Shown here: positions 55,464-64,000 of the stretch, piece after piece | Layout: every line of letters begins with the position of its first letter | How positions within the stretch are numbered: the stretch's first letter is position 1 | Assembly (NCBI GenBank): GCA_965199495.1 | Contig: CBDASK010000003.1 | Location: forward strand, 896,001-960,000 | Reading direction: 5' to 3' | Length of the DNA: 64,000 nucleotides | DNA from: Abditibacterium sp. | Lineage (GTDB): Bacteria; Armatimonadota; Abditibacteriia; Abditibacteriales; Abditibacteriaceae | Program-made: the position numbers and the translations under genes | Notes under the pieces: generated by a model | The model's database searches: none | Seen by the model: the letters and a program-made list of their open reading frames with translations, nothing else | What the model was told of the DNA's origin: nothing

Positions 55464-56483
55464 ATGCGTTCTCTCAACTCTTCCCCTCAGCCCGAATTAT
55501 CGTCTTCATCGCCTACCGCTCGCGTCTCCGGTCTGCGCGTGGCTCTTGCTGTCGTCGGCGTTGGAGTGGGCGCGTTGGCCGCGCTGAACGCCATTATCGC
55601 GGCGCGCGTTCCGCAACAGGGGCCGCGTCTGGGCGGACAATTCGACCGCTATCCCGCGCGCTATGCCGATTTAGCCTATGTCGTCGGCGGTAGCGGTTCG
55701 CCGTTACTATTGCTTCATGGTTTGGAGCCGGGCCGCTCGATGGCCGAATGGCGCGCGGTCTTCGAGCCTTTGTGCGCACATCACACGGTTTACGCGTTCG
55801 ATTTTCAGGGTTGCGGCCTGTCCGACACCACGCCCGAAGGTTATAACGTGGAAGACTTCGCCGAACAAATCGTCCATTTTATCCATGATGTCATCGGCAA
55901 ACCAACCGTGGTTTTGAGTGCGGGCCAGAGCGCCGCTTCAGCAATTTTGTCGGCGAGTCGCTCCGACTTGATCCCAAAAATCGCGCTGATTTGTCCCAAC
56001 GCGCCGGACGCGCCCGCGCCCGAATCGCGCGCCGAAGCCCTCGCTCTGGATTCGATAGCCACCAGCGTTTTGAGGGCGCCCATCATCGGGACGGCGGCGT
56101 TGAATTGGTGGCGTAGCGCCGCCCAACTGCGAAAGCGCGCGCGCGAACACAGCTTCTACAATAAAGACGAGGCGGATCGCGAGGCCAAATTGTGGCACTT
56201 GACCGCGCATCAAAAGGGCGCGCAAAACATTCAAAAAGCGCTTTTGCAAGACGCCTTTGCCTTCGATTGGCGCGCTATATGGGAGCAGACAAACGCGCCC
56301 GCGTTGCTGATATGGGGACGCAACGCCATGAGTCAGGGCTTCGATTCCTCGCCCGAATGGCTGGCCCTGCGCCCCGATGTTCAACTCGCCGTTGTGGAAG
56401 AAGCCATGCTGTTTCCCCATCTCGAACAGCCGGAGCGCTTCTGCGAAATCGTCGAAAACTGGATCGGCAAGTCGAGCGATTAG
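55464..56483 (+). CDS. Alpha/beta hydrolase fold protein
   Basis: PLLLLHG, VYAFD..G.G.SD and PHLEQPERF motifs; no canonical GxSxG nucleophile. Confidence 0.8.
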   Translation: MRSLNSSPQPELSSSSPTARVSGLRVALAVVGVGVGALAALNAIIAARVPQQGPRLGGQFDRYPARYADLAYVVGGSGSPLLLLHGLEPGRSMAEWRAVFEPLCAHHTVYAFDFQGCGLSDTTPEGYNVEDFAEQIVHFIHDVIGKPTVVLSAGQSAASAILSASRSDLIPKIALICPNAPDAPAPESRAEALALDSIATSVLRAPIIGTAALNWWRSAAQLRKRAREHSFYNKDEADREAKLWHLTAHQKGAQNIQKALLQDAFAFDWRAIWEQTNAPALLIWGRNAMSQGFDSSPEWLALRPDVQLAVVEEAMLFPHLEQPERFCEIVENWIGKSSD

Positions 56484-56521
56484 TTCATCTTACACCGTTG
56501 CTTTATCATAGAATTTCCTCC

Positions 56522-56682
56522 CCATTTTGTCATTTTGAGCGGCGTGAGGCGTCGGGTGCGTAGCCGAAGGGACGAAGTCGAAGAATTCATCCCTTGGAAT
56601 CGAGGCAAAAGCGAAACCAACGGGCCACCGGTGGATTCTTCGACTTCATTCATACCTCACGCCGCTCAAAATGACAAAATGG
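56522..56682. repeat. Palindromic element of the TGTCATT(C/T)TGAGCGG family, copy 2
   Basis: 28-bp outer arms at 56522-56549 and 56655-56682; inner GAAGTCGAAGAAT / ATTCTTCGACTTC as in element E. Confidence 0.85.
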
Positions 56683-56848
56683 TGGGCTAAATCACTCGGA
56701 TCAACTCAGGTTGATTAATCATGCTTTTGGCGGAGTCGATATAGCCAAATGCTTGGTAACAAACCCAACAAATATTGACAATATGTGTTTTATCGCCCTA
56801 TAAAAGGCGTGTTCATTGCATATAAAGAAAAATTATCTCTTGTTAGTT

Positions 56849-58867
56849 ATGAATAATTTTTCGTCCTCGCCACACTCTATCCCTCAGTCATTCGAGCCGC
56901 AAAATTTGAGTCCTATTACGCTCGACATCGTGGCCGCGCCGACACTGGCGCGCTTGCAGGATGTCGCGCTACGCGGCGCGCTTGCTCTGAGCGAGGCGCG
57001 CGAAGGCGTTTTGACGTTGCGCGGCGATAGTTTCGAGGCGCCGGGTGCAGCCACGTCGCGCGAATCGCAGACTTTGCATATCGGTGAAGACGGTCGCGCG
57101 CGCGCGGGTAGCGAAAAAGCGCTGTCGGTGAGCGGGCGCGGCTGGAAAAAATGGCCGCTCGTCTGGGATGGCAGCGATTTGGGGCAACTTTCGCTACGCT
57201 GGGAAAACGACGATTGCGAGGCGCCCAAATCGCTCGAAATGTTGTGCGCTCACGTTGCAGCCACCGCCGCAAAAACACGCTTATTCGAGCAGTTGCAAAA
57301 CATCAAATACGAATGGCAGGCGATGCTCGACGGCATGATTGACGGCGTTTATGTTTGCGATCAGAACGGCAAAATTTTGCGCGCTAACCGCGCGTTGGCG
57401 GCGATTTTAGGCGTTTCGATTCCCGATGTTCTGGGCGGCACGCGCGACGAATTGTGGGCGCGGCTACCCGACTATTCCGTGACGCATCCGTGGCAAGAAT
57501 TGGAAGTGGGGCCGACGCATTTGTCGCCGCAAATGACCGAGTTTCGTTGCGGTCAGCCCGACCGCGTTTACGTCGAAATGGCGTTCGAGCTGAAAGCGCG
57601 CGACGACGCGTTCGATAATTCTCACACCAACGGCGAAACAGTGGGCGAAACGTCCAACAAGAATCCACAGCGCGAAGAACGCCGTTTGTGCGTGTTGCAT
57701 GACGTCACCGAAAGTCGGCGCTTGCAAGAACAGTTGCTGCAATCGGAAAAATTGGCCGCGCTGGGCGAACTCACTTCGGGCGTGGCTCATGAACTCAATA
57801 ACCCGCTCGCCACCGTCGTCGGTTACGCCGAATTACTGGCGCTCGACACGCAGTTGCCCGAAGGCGTCAAGCGCAAACTCGCCACGATTCATCAAGAAGC
57901 CACGCGCGCTTCGCATATCGTTTCCAATTTATTATCATATGCGCGCCGCTCGTCGCCGGAAAAATCGTTCGTCAATCTCAATGATGTCATTCAGGCGGCG
58001 CTCGAAATGCGACGTTATCAACTGCAAACCGACAACGTGCGCATCACGACCGATTTATCGGACAAAGCGCCCGCCGTGTGGGGCGACGAGTTGCAGTTGC
58101 AACAGGTTTTGCTCAACATCGTCAACAACGCGGCGCAGGCGATTACCAACTGGCGCGGGTCGGGCGAAATCCGCATTTGGACGCGTTCGGCTACCATGAG
58201 CGGGCGAGCAGCCACGCGCATCATCATCGAAGACAACGGGCCGGGCATCGCGCCCGAACATCTGCGCCGCGTCTTCGATCCGTTTTTTACCACCAAACCG
58301 ACCGGCGAAGGCACCGGATTGGGCATGAGCATCGCGCTGCGGATCATCTCGAATCACGAAGGTTTAATCTGGGCCGAAAGCCGATTGGGGCACGGCGCGC
58401 GTTTTATTATCGAATTGCCGGGCGCGGCGGGCAGCGAAGTCGTTGAAGATTTCGACGACGCGCCCGTGCCGAGCGAAAATCGCGACGAAAACGCTCATAT
58501 CTTGGTGGTGGACGACGAGGAACCGGTCGTCACGCTGATGACCGAGATTTTGCAAATGGACGGTCATCGCGTCACGCCCGCTTTTAATGGCGCCGAAGCT
58601 ATCGCGCTTTTGAACGTGGACGATTACGATTTGATTTTGTCGGATGTGCGCATGCCCGCCGTCGGCGGGCCGACGTTCTTCGAGATTTTGCAGACGACGC
58701 GCCCCGACTTGTTGCCCAAAGTCATCTTCGTCACCGGCGACACGATGAGCGCCTCGACGCAGAATTTTCTGCAACGCGCCGCGCGCCCGGTGCTTTCCAA
58801 GCCCTTCGATCCCGAACGGTTGCAAACAATGGTCGCGGATAATTTACGCCAAACGCGCGATGATTAG
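56849..58867 (+). CDS. Hybrid sensor histidine kinase (PAS-HisKA-HATPase-REC)
   Basis: GVAHELNNP, DNGPGI, FDPFFTTK..G.GTGLG; receiver ILVVDDE and ILSDVRMP. Confidence 0.95.
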   Translation: MNNFSSSPHSIPQSFEPQNLSPITLDIVAAPTLARLQDVALRGALALSEAREGVLTLRGDSFEAPGAATSRESQTLHIGEDGRARAGSEKALSVSGRGWKKWPLVWDGSDLGQLSLRWENDDCEAPKSLEMLCAHVAATAAKTRLFEQLQNIKYEWQAMLDGMIDGVYVCDQNGKILRANRALAAILGVSIPDVLGGTRDELWARLPDYSVTHPWQELEVGPTHLSPQMTEFRCGQPDRVYVEMAFELKARDDAFDNSHTNGETVGETSNKNPQREERRLCVLHDVTESRRLQEQLLQSEKLAALGELTSGVAHELNNPLATVVGYAELLALDTQLPEGVKRKLATIHQEATRASHIVSNLLSYARRSSPEKSFVNLNDVIQAALEMRRYQLQTDNVRITTDLSDKAPAVWGDELQLQQVLLNIVNNAAQAITNWRGSGEIRIWTRSATMSGRAATRIIIEDNGPGIAPEHLRRVFDPFFTTKPTGEGTGLGMSIALRIISNHEGLIWAESRLGHGARFIIELPGAAGSEVVEDFDDAPVPSENRDENAHILVVDDEEPVVTLMTEILQMDGHRVTPAFNGAEAIALLNVDDYDLILSDVRMPAVGGPTFFEILQTTRPDLLPKVIFVTGDTMSASTQNFLQRAARPVLSKPFDPERLQTMVADNLRQTRDD

Positions 58868-58880
58868 GTTTGTAATGCAG

Positions 58881-58979
58881 CCGTAGAAACACCGATTTAT
58901 CGCGTCTAAAACGTGGATGAATCCGCGAACTCTGTGGGAGCCTCAACGTTTTAGACGCGATAAATCGGCGTCTCTACGG
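58881..58979. repeat. REP doublet, GTAGAGACGCC family, copy 3
   Basis: CCGTAGAAACACCGATTTATCGCGTCTAAAACG ... CGTTTTAGACGCGATAAATCGGCGTCTCTACGG. Confidence 0.9.
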
Positions 58980-59049
58980 AGCGAATGCGAATTTGCAGCA
59001 CGAGATTAATGGACTCGCACGTCACGTTAAATGCTTGCGAACCTACAAT

Positions 59050-60768
59050 TTACGCCACGGCATCCGCCGTGGCTGCTTTGTCGTCGGCGACTTCTGCGAC
59101 CGATTGAGTCACGCGATTGCGACCGCGATCTTTGGACATATAGAGCGCTTTGTCGGCGGCTTCAAGAAGTGATTCGCCGTTGGACATACCGACTTCGAGC
59201 GAGGCCACGCCAAAACTGGCAGTGACGGGGCGCTCTGGCCATCGGGTTTTTTCGACGCTTTCGCGTAGACGCTCCGCCAAAATATAGGCGCCTTCGGCAT
59301 CGGTGTTGGGCAGAATTAGCGCGAACTCTTCGCCGCCGTAGCGCGCGAAAAAGTCGGTGGTGCGGATGAGGCTCATCACCGTCTGCGCCAGAGTTTTGAG
59401 CACTTCATCGCCCGCCTGATGACCAAAGTTATCGTTGTAACTTTTGAATTGGTCTACATCGAACATCACGAGGGCAAGCGGTGTGGCGTAACGCTGCGCG
59501 CGCGACCATTCTTCGGCCAGTTTCTCGTTGAAGGCGCGCCGGTTTTTGGCTCCGGTCAAACCGTCGTGAGTGGCCAGCGATTCGAGTTTGCCGTTGGCCA
59601 GCAGCAGTTCTCGTTGCTGCTCGGTCAAAGCGGCGCGCGCGTTTTCGCGCTCGATTTCGCCACCGACCCACTCGGCCATCAGATGCAACAATTCGACATC
59701 GCGCGAGCTAAACGGCTCCGCGCGCGCCTCCAGACCGGCAAACGAAAGCACGCCGAACACGCGGCCCTCGACGTTGACTGGCGCGCCGATATAAGCGATA
59801 TTGTCGTTATGTTCTATGTGCAAGTTGTCGGAGGGCACGCCCGCAGGAGGCAGGTCGGCCAGCCCCAACAATTGTGCTTCGAGCGAGAGCGATCCTTCGG
59901 CGAGTTGCGAGCGCAGAAGCGTCATCGCGGGCCGAATGCGGCGGTCGGGCGACTGCACGAAGAGCGTTTCCAAACGGTCGCCCGCCGCGTCGTCGCACAG
60001 GCGCCCCAAAACGCCAATCGGTAAATTCAAACGCCCGCAACCCATCGCGAGTAACGCCCTCATTTTGGCATCGAGCGTGCGCGCGCGGTCGCCGCCGATC
60101 ACGCCATACAACGCATGCACCGTCTCTTGCGCATTATCCAAATCGCTATTGGCGGTGACCTGTTCGGTGATGTCGTGCAATCCCACGATAACCGACGAAG
60201 GTTTGCGCGCCTCGCCCTGCCGCTTGACCCAGACGCGCGCCTGTTTCAGTTCGCCATCGGCGCGAAACAGGCGCGCGGGCGCGCCAAATTCGGCGCGGTC
60301 GCCATCGAACACGCTCTGCATCCCGACGCGCAAAGCCGTCAAATCGTCGGGATGAAAATGCGACAAACGCTGACCGACCAAATTGGATTCGCCCAAAAAC
60401 TCAAAAAATGGCGCGTTGGCGCGCGTGATTTTTTCGCGACTGTCAACGATGGCGAGCGGAAACGGCACCTCGTCGAACATCTGCCCCGGCCCAATTTCGA
60501 CGGGCGCGGCGGGCGTTTTTTTGAGTGACCAGCCCAAGCCCGCGCCCAGCAGTAACCCGCCAGCCACGGCGCCCAACAAGAGGGGAAGCGGCGAAGGCGT
60601 GGGAGCAACAACCAGCTTTGTTGCCTTCGACTTTGCCGGTTTTTTCGCTCCCGTTTGAGCGTAAACTGCGGGCGAACTCACCATCCATCCCGCTCCGCAC
60701 AACGCGAGGCCAAGCGCAAGGCGCGGGCGAACGCGAAGCGGAAGATACGAACGAGAAATTTGCGACAT
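59050..60768 (-). CDS. Membrane-anchored PAS-GAF diguanylate cyclase
   Basis: DGLTG..NRR, RTTD I-site and RYGGEEF motifs. Confidence 0.93.
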   Translation of the reverse strand: MSQISRSYLPLRVRPRLALGLALCGAGWMVSSPAVYAQTGAKKPAKSKATKLVVAPTPSPLPLLLGAVAGGLLLGAGLGWSLKKTPAAPVEIGPGQMFDEVPFPLAIVDSREKITRANAPFFEFLGESNLVGQRLSHFHPDDLTALRVGMQSVFDGDRAEFGAPARLFRADGELKQARVWVKRQGEARKPSSVIVGLHDITEQVTANSDLDNAQETVHALYGVIGGDRARTLDAKMRALLAMGCGRLNLPIGVLGRLCDDAAGDRLETLFVQSPDRRIRPAMTLLRSQLAEGSLSLEAQLLGLADLPPAGVPSDNLHIEHNDNIAYIGAPVNVEGRVFGVLSFAGLEARAEPFSSRDVELLHLMAEWVGGEIERENARAALTEQQRELLLANGKLESLATHDGLTGAKNRRAFNEKLAEEWSRAQRYATPLALVMFDVDQFKSYNDNFGHQAGDEVLKTLAQTVMSLIRTTDFFARYGGEEFALILPNTDAEGAYILAERLRESVEKTRWPERPVTASFGVASLEVGMSNGESLLEAADKALYMSKDRGRNRVTQSVAEVADDKAATADAVA

Positions 60769-60860
60769 AAGAAGTCTGCCCTATTCATAACAACCTTTTG
60801 GCCCGATGAGAACGCCAGAAATAAAGCCTTCTCGAACTTGTGGGTTTCTAACTGTTTCAG

Positions 60861-60876
60861 CGGCATCAGCTTTGCC
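60861..60876 (+). promoter_or_regulatory. Sigma54-type promoter
   Basis: CGGCATCAGCTTTGCC (GG-N10-GC), about 65 bp upstream of the SDR. Confidence 0.55.
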
Positions 60877-60941
60877 TCACGATTTGGACGAAGCACGCGC
60901 CGAATAAAACGGAAATTTCCCATTCTGGCGTGCCCAAAATC

Positions 60942-61811
60942 ATGTCACAAAATCAAGAAGCCAAACCAGTCAATCCGCCCCAACATCAAGACGAGCAACC
61001 CGGAATCGAAGCCGAAATGAATCCGGCACCGATTTATCTGCCCGATAATTATAAAGCTGCGGGCAAACTCGAAGGCAAAGTCGCCATTGTCACCGGCGGC
61101 GATTCGGGCATCGGACGTAGCGTCGCCGTGCTATTCGCCAACGAGGGCGCCGACGTGGCTGTGCTTTATCTCGACGAACATCAAGACGCCGAAAAGACCA
61201 AAGCCGAAGTCGAAAAAGCCGGGCGCAAGTGTCTGCTCATTCCCGGCGATGTCGGCAGCGAAGCGCATTGCAAAGAATCGGTCGAACAAGTTATCGCCGA
61301 GTGGGGCCAACTCGATTGTCTGGTCAACAACGCCGCCGAACAGCACGTTCAAAAGTCCATCGAAGACATCACCGAAGAACAACTCACCGCGACCTTTCGC
61401 ACCAATATCTTCGGCTATTTTTTCATGGTCAAAGCGGCGCTTCCGCACCTAAAAAAAGGCGCGACAATTATCAACACGACTTCGGTCACGGCGTTCGCCG
61501 GAATGCCCGAACTGCTCGATTACTCTTCGACTAAAGGCGCGATTTTGGCGTTCACGCGCAGCCTGTCGCAGAGTTTGATCGAAAAAGGCATTCGCGTTAA
61601 TGGCGTAGCACCCGGCCCAATTTGGACGCCGTTCATTCCGTCTTCGATGCCCGCCGATAAGGTCTCCGAATTCGGCTCGCAAACGCCGATGGGCCGCCCC
61701 GGCCAACCGTTCGAGTGTGGCACTTGCTACGTCTTTCTGGCTTCAGATGATTCGTCGTATATCGCCGGGCAAACGCTGCATCCCAACGGCGGCGAAGTCG
61801 TCGCGGGTTAA
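60942..61811 (+). CDS. SDR oxidoreductase, general stress protein 39 (YdaD/YhdF-like)
   Basis: PPQHQ..QPG.E..M.P, TGGDSGIG, YSSTK and GQTLHPNGG motifs. Confidence 0.93.
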   Translation: MSQNQEAKPVNPPQHQDEQPGIEAEMNPAPIYLPDNYKAAGKLEGKVAIVTGGDSGIGRSVAVLFANEGADVAVLYLDEHQDAEKTKAEVEKAGRKCLLIPGDVGSEAHCKESVEQVIAEWGQLDCLVNNAAEQHVQKSIEDITEEQLTATFRTNIFGYFFMVKAALPHLKKGATIINTTSVTAFAGMPELLDYSSTKGAILAFTRSLSQSLIEKGIRVNGVAPGPIWTPFIPSSMPADKVSEFGSQTPMGRPGQPFECGTCYVFLASDDSSYIAGQTLHPNGGEVVAG

Positions 61812-61921
61812 GAAGCTGTCCAAATTGGGCGCAAGCCCCGCCCTATTTGGATAACTTCTTAGTTACGGTTCGCACGACCAACGAAAAAGCGGAAGACCAA
61901 AATCTTCCGCTTTTTCGCGTT

Positions 61922-62965
61922 TCATCCCACAAATCGCGCGCGTTCATCCGCTGTGGCCTCAAAGACGCCGCGCAAAACCGCTTCCGATTCGGGGCGCAAC
62001 ACGGCGTTGCGACGGCCCAAAGTCGCTTTAACGGTTTTGATGCAATCGTTAAAGCGATGTTCCATCCAACCGCCCTGCCCGCCCCAACTAAAACTCGGCA
62101 CATATTTGGGCGCGATGCCGCCGCCAAAAACGTTGCAACCCGCGCCGATATTGGAGCCGGTATTTAAGCCCTGCATAATCCCAATTTTGGTGTGATCGCC
62201 GATCAAACTTCCCAAAAATTGCGAGTTGGTTTCGACGTTTCGTTTGGAATCCATCGGAAAACGAATCGTGCCGTAAGTGTTTTTTAAGTTGGAAGTCGTC
62301 GAGACCGCGCCGAAATTGACCCAGCGTCCGGCCCAACTGTGGCCGACGAAACCGTCGTGGCCTTTGTTGACGCGACTCTGAAAAATCGTCGCCGCGATTT
62401 CGCCGCCGACTTTGCAGTTGGGGCCAAGCGAAGTGCCGGGCCGCAAACGCGCGCCGTCAACGACACAACCGGCGCCCACGAAAACCGGCCCGGCGAGATG
62501 CGAAAATTTCACCGTCACGTTGTGCGCGATGATAATCGGCCCCTCGGTCGCATCCAACACGCAACCCGGCTGCACGCTCGAACCGCGTCCAATGAAAACG
62601 TCGCTTTCGTCGCCGACGATGTGCGCGCCGTTCATTAGAGCCACGTCGCGGCTGTTCTCGTGGCGTTTTTCCCAATCGCGGAAATCAGCAGCGATGTGCG
62701 CGCCCGAATGCGCTAAAATTTCCCACGGCGTTGGGGCGGGCAAACCGGGGAACGGTTCGCCTTCAATGTCTTCGTTGACGCGAAGACCGGTTTTGGCGCG
62801 CAAATAATCCGCCAATTCGGGCCGCGCGCGTAGCACGATGTCATCGGTGATTTGCAAAGCGCGGTCGAGCGGACACAAAGCGCCATAACGCAGTTCAAAC
62901 GTGGCGCGCGTTTGGGTTAATGGCCCAAAATTTTCGGGGTTTTCTTCGGCGACAACGAGGGGCAT
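61922..62965 (-). CDS. GlmU-related putative sugar-phosphate nucleotidyl/acyltransferase
   Basis: PLTQTR..FELRYG, hexapeptide repeats, KGHDGFVGHS, NFGA....SNLKN.YG. Confidence 0.85.
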   Translation of the reverse strand: MPLVVAEENPENFGPLTQTRATFELRYGALCPLDRALQITDDIVLRARPELADYLRAKTGLRVNEDIEGEPFPGLPAPTPWEILAHSGAHIAADFRDWEKRHENSRDVALMNGAHIVGDESDVFIGRGSSVQPGCVLDATEGPIIIAHNVTVKFSHLAGPVFVGAGCVVDGARLRPGTSLGPNCKVGGEIAATIFQSRVNKGHDGFVGHSWAGRWVNFGAVSTTSNLKNTYGTIRFPMDSKRNVETNSQFLGSLIGDHTKIGIMQGLNTGSNIGAGCNVFGGGIAPKYVPSFSWGGQGGWMEHRFNDCIKTVKATLGRRNAVLRPESEAVLRGVFEATADERARFVG

Positions 62966-62969
62966 TTTA

Positions 62970-63224
62970 AAGGAGACGGGAAACAGGAGACGGGAAACAG
63001 GAAATTAGCGATACAGTAGACGTTTGCCAGCGAATGAATTCGCGGCTGAGAGGCGTTCCGCCGAGCGTCCCCCTGCGGGGACGCAATGGCATTGTGTCCG
63101 CGTAGGCGGACTTCCGGCTTTAGCCTCTCAGCCGCGAATTCATTCGCTGGCACGGATGCAAGAGGTCTAATTCTATTGCAGCTTCCGATGACCTTCGCCT
63201 GTTTCCCTCGTCTCCTGTCTCCCG
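62970..63224. repeat. Nested element: heptamer-repeat arms around a CAGCGAATGAATTCGCGGCT REP-like doublet
   Basis: AGGAGAC-GGGAAAC repeats at 62970-63004 with an imperfect complement at about 63198-63224; 30-bp perfect inner arms at 63025-63054 and 63123-63152. Confidence 0.8.
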
Positions 63225-63229
63225 AAAAA

Positions 63230-64000
63230 CTAACGGATGATGCGCGGGCCGCCTTTGGGCGCCAGCGTCGCGCCCGAAATGCGGGTGTAATTCGACTTTA
63301 AATCGTTCAAAACGCGCTCCAACTCGGCGGCAGTGCGCGCGTCAACGCGAGATTTAATCGTGTCATAAAGCGCCTCGAACGCTTCGATGGCAAGGCGCGC
63401 TTCGGCATCGTTGCGCGCGACCAAACCGGTGTAGGGATTGGCGACCAAACCCAGATGCACGGCGGCGTAACGCGGCAATTCGGTGATAGTTTTGAGCAAA
63501 ACCGGCGCGACTTCGAGTTTGGTCATGGACTGCGCCTCGCGCTCCATCATCTGACGCACCTGATCTTTCTCGGCGTCGGTGAGGGGGCGACCGATTTCCT
63601 GTTCGAGCGCCGCGAACTGCTCGGCTTCGAGTTGCGAACGCATCTGCTCGACTTCCTCATCGGTCATCGGCGTTTCGTCGTCCGCATCCTGCTCGTCCAT
63701 ATTGGCGGGCACGGTTTCGGTCGCGTCGGCGGCGTCAACGCTCGCAGACGGCGCGCTTACGGCTTGACCGGGTTGCTCATCGAGCGACGACGAACCGATG
63801 GCGCTCTGGCCGGATTGGGAACCGGAATTGGGATTGCCGCCGCCAATAATTTCGAGTTTGGGGCGATCTTGCGATGAAGATTGATTCTGGCCCGGCACTT
63901 GAATGAGCGGCTTGGCATCCGACGTGGCTGGTATGTCGGTCGAGGTGCCTTTACGGTCTTCTTCGGTCAAAACGCGGCGGTCTACAATTTGGAAACGCGG
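63230..64000 (-). CDS. DUF1844-like protein (5' end beyond the window)
   Basis: Frame open to the edge with FQIVDRR; C-terminal HLGL..NP.TG...ARLAI..F...L.DLKSNY. Confidence 0.75.
   Translation of the reverse strand, partial: PRFQIVDRRVLTEEDRKGTSTDIPATSDAKPLIQVPGQNQSSSQDRPKLEIIGGGNPNSGSQSGQSAIGSSSLDEQPGQAVSAPSASVDAADATETVPANMDEQDADDETPMTDEEVEQMRSQLEAEQFAALEQEIGRPLTDAEKDQVRQMMEREAQSMTKLEVAPVLLKTITELPRYAAVHLGLVANPYTGLVARNDAEARLAIEAFEALYDTIKSRVDARTAAELERVLNDLKSNYTRISGATLAPKGGPRIIR

Noticed and set aside
1..64000. CRISPR array, tRNA or rRNA genes
   Set aside because: No regularly spaced direct repeats with unique spacers, and no recognisable cloverleaf or rRNA sequence; the repeats present are inverted and dispersed
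1..64000. Numerous long overlapping antisense or alternate-frame ORFs in the track (e.g. 14743-15675 -, 29416-30282 -, 40919-41701 -)
   Set aside because: They shadow well-supported genes, have no recognisable motifs, and are expected in GC-rich DNA

Overview
This is a GC-rich bacterial chromosomal window of mostly accessory, stress and signalling genes. The protein repertoire suggests an Armatimonadota/Abditibacteriota-like organism (inference only). No rRNA, tRNA or CRISPR array was seen. Main blocks: small detox and stress genes (SDR, AKR, MATE, VOC, DinB, SRPBCC, GNAT) with MarR, MocR and ArsR regulators; a peptide ABC transporter; an orphan Flp pilin missing from the ORF track; a PaoABC-like molybdo-oxidoreductase cluster; a PadR-led tandem array of membrane proteins with constant N-termini and divergent C-termini, one copy hit by an IS982; three tandem secretins plus an atypical response regulator; c-di-GMP enzymes, a hybrid kinase, an RNA ligase, Dps and RecX. 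Main non-coding signals: (1) the non-palindromic 9-mer GCAGCCACG occurs at least 27 times on both strands and in different reading frames, a candidate DNA-uptake, Chi-like or methylation-linked signal; (2) many long, near-perfect intergenic hairpins built from several REP/MITE-like families, with locus-specific outer arms; (3) sigma54-type GG-N10-GC promoters before general-stress genes and the pilin. All product calls come from motif recognition by eye, not database searches.
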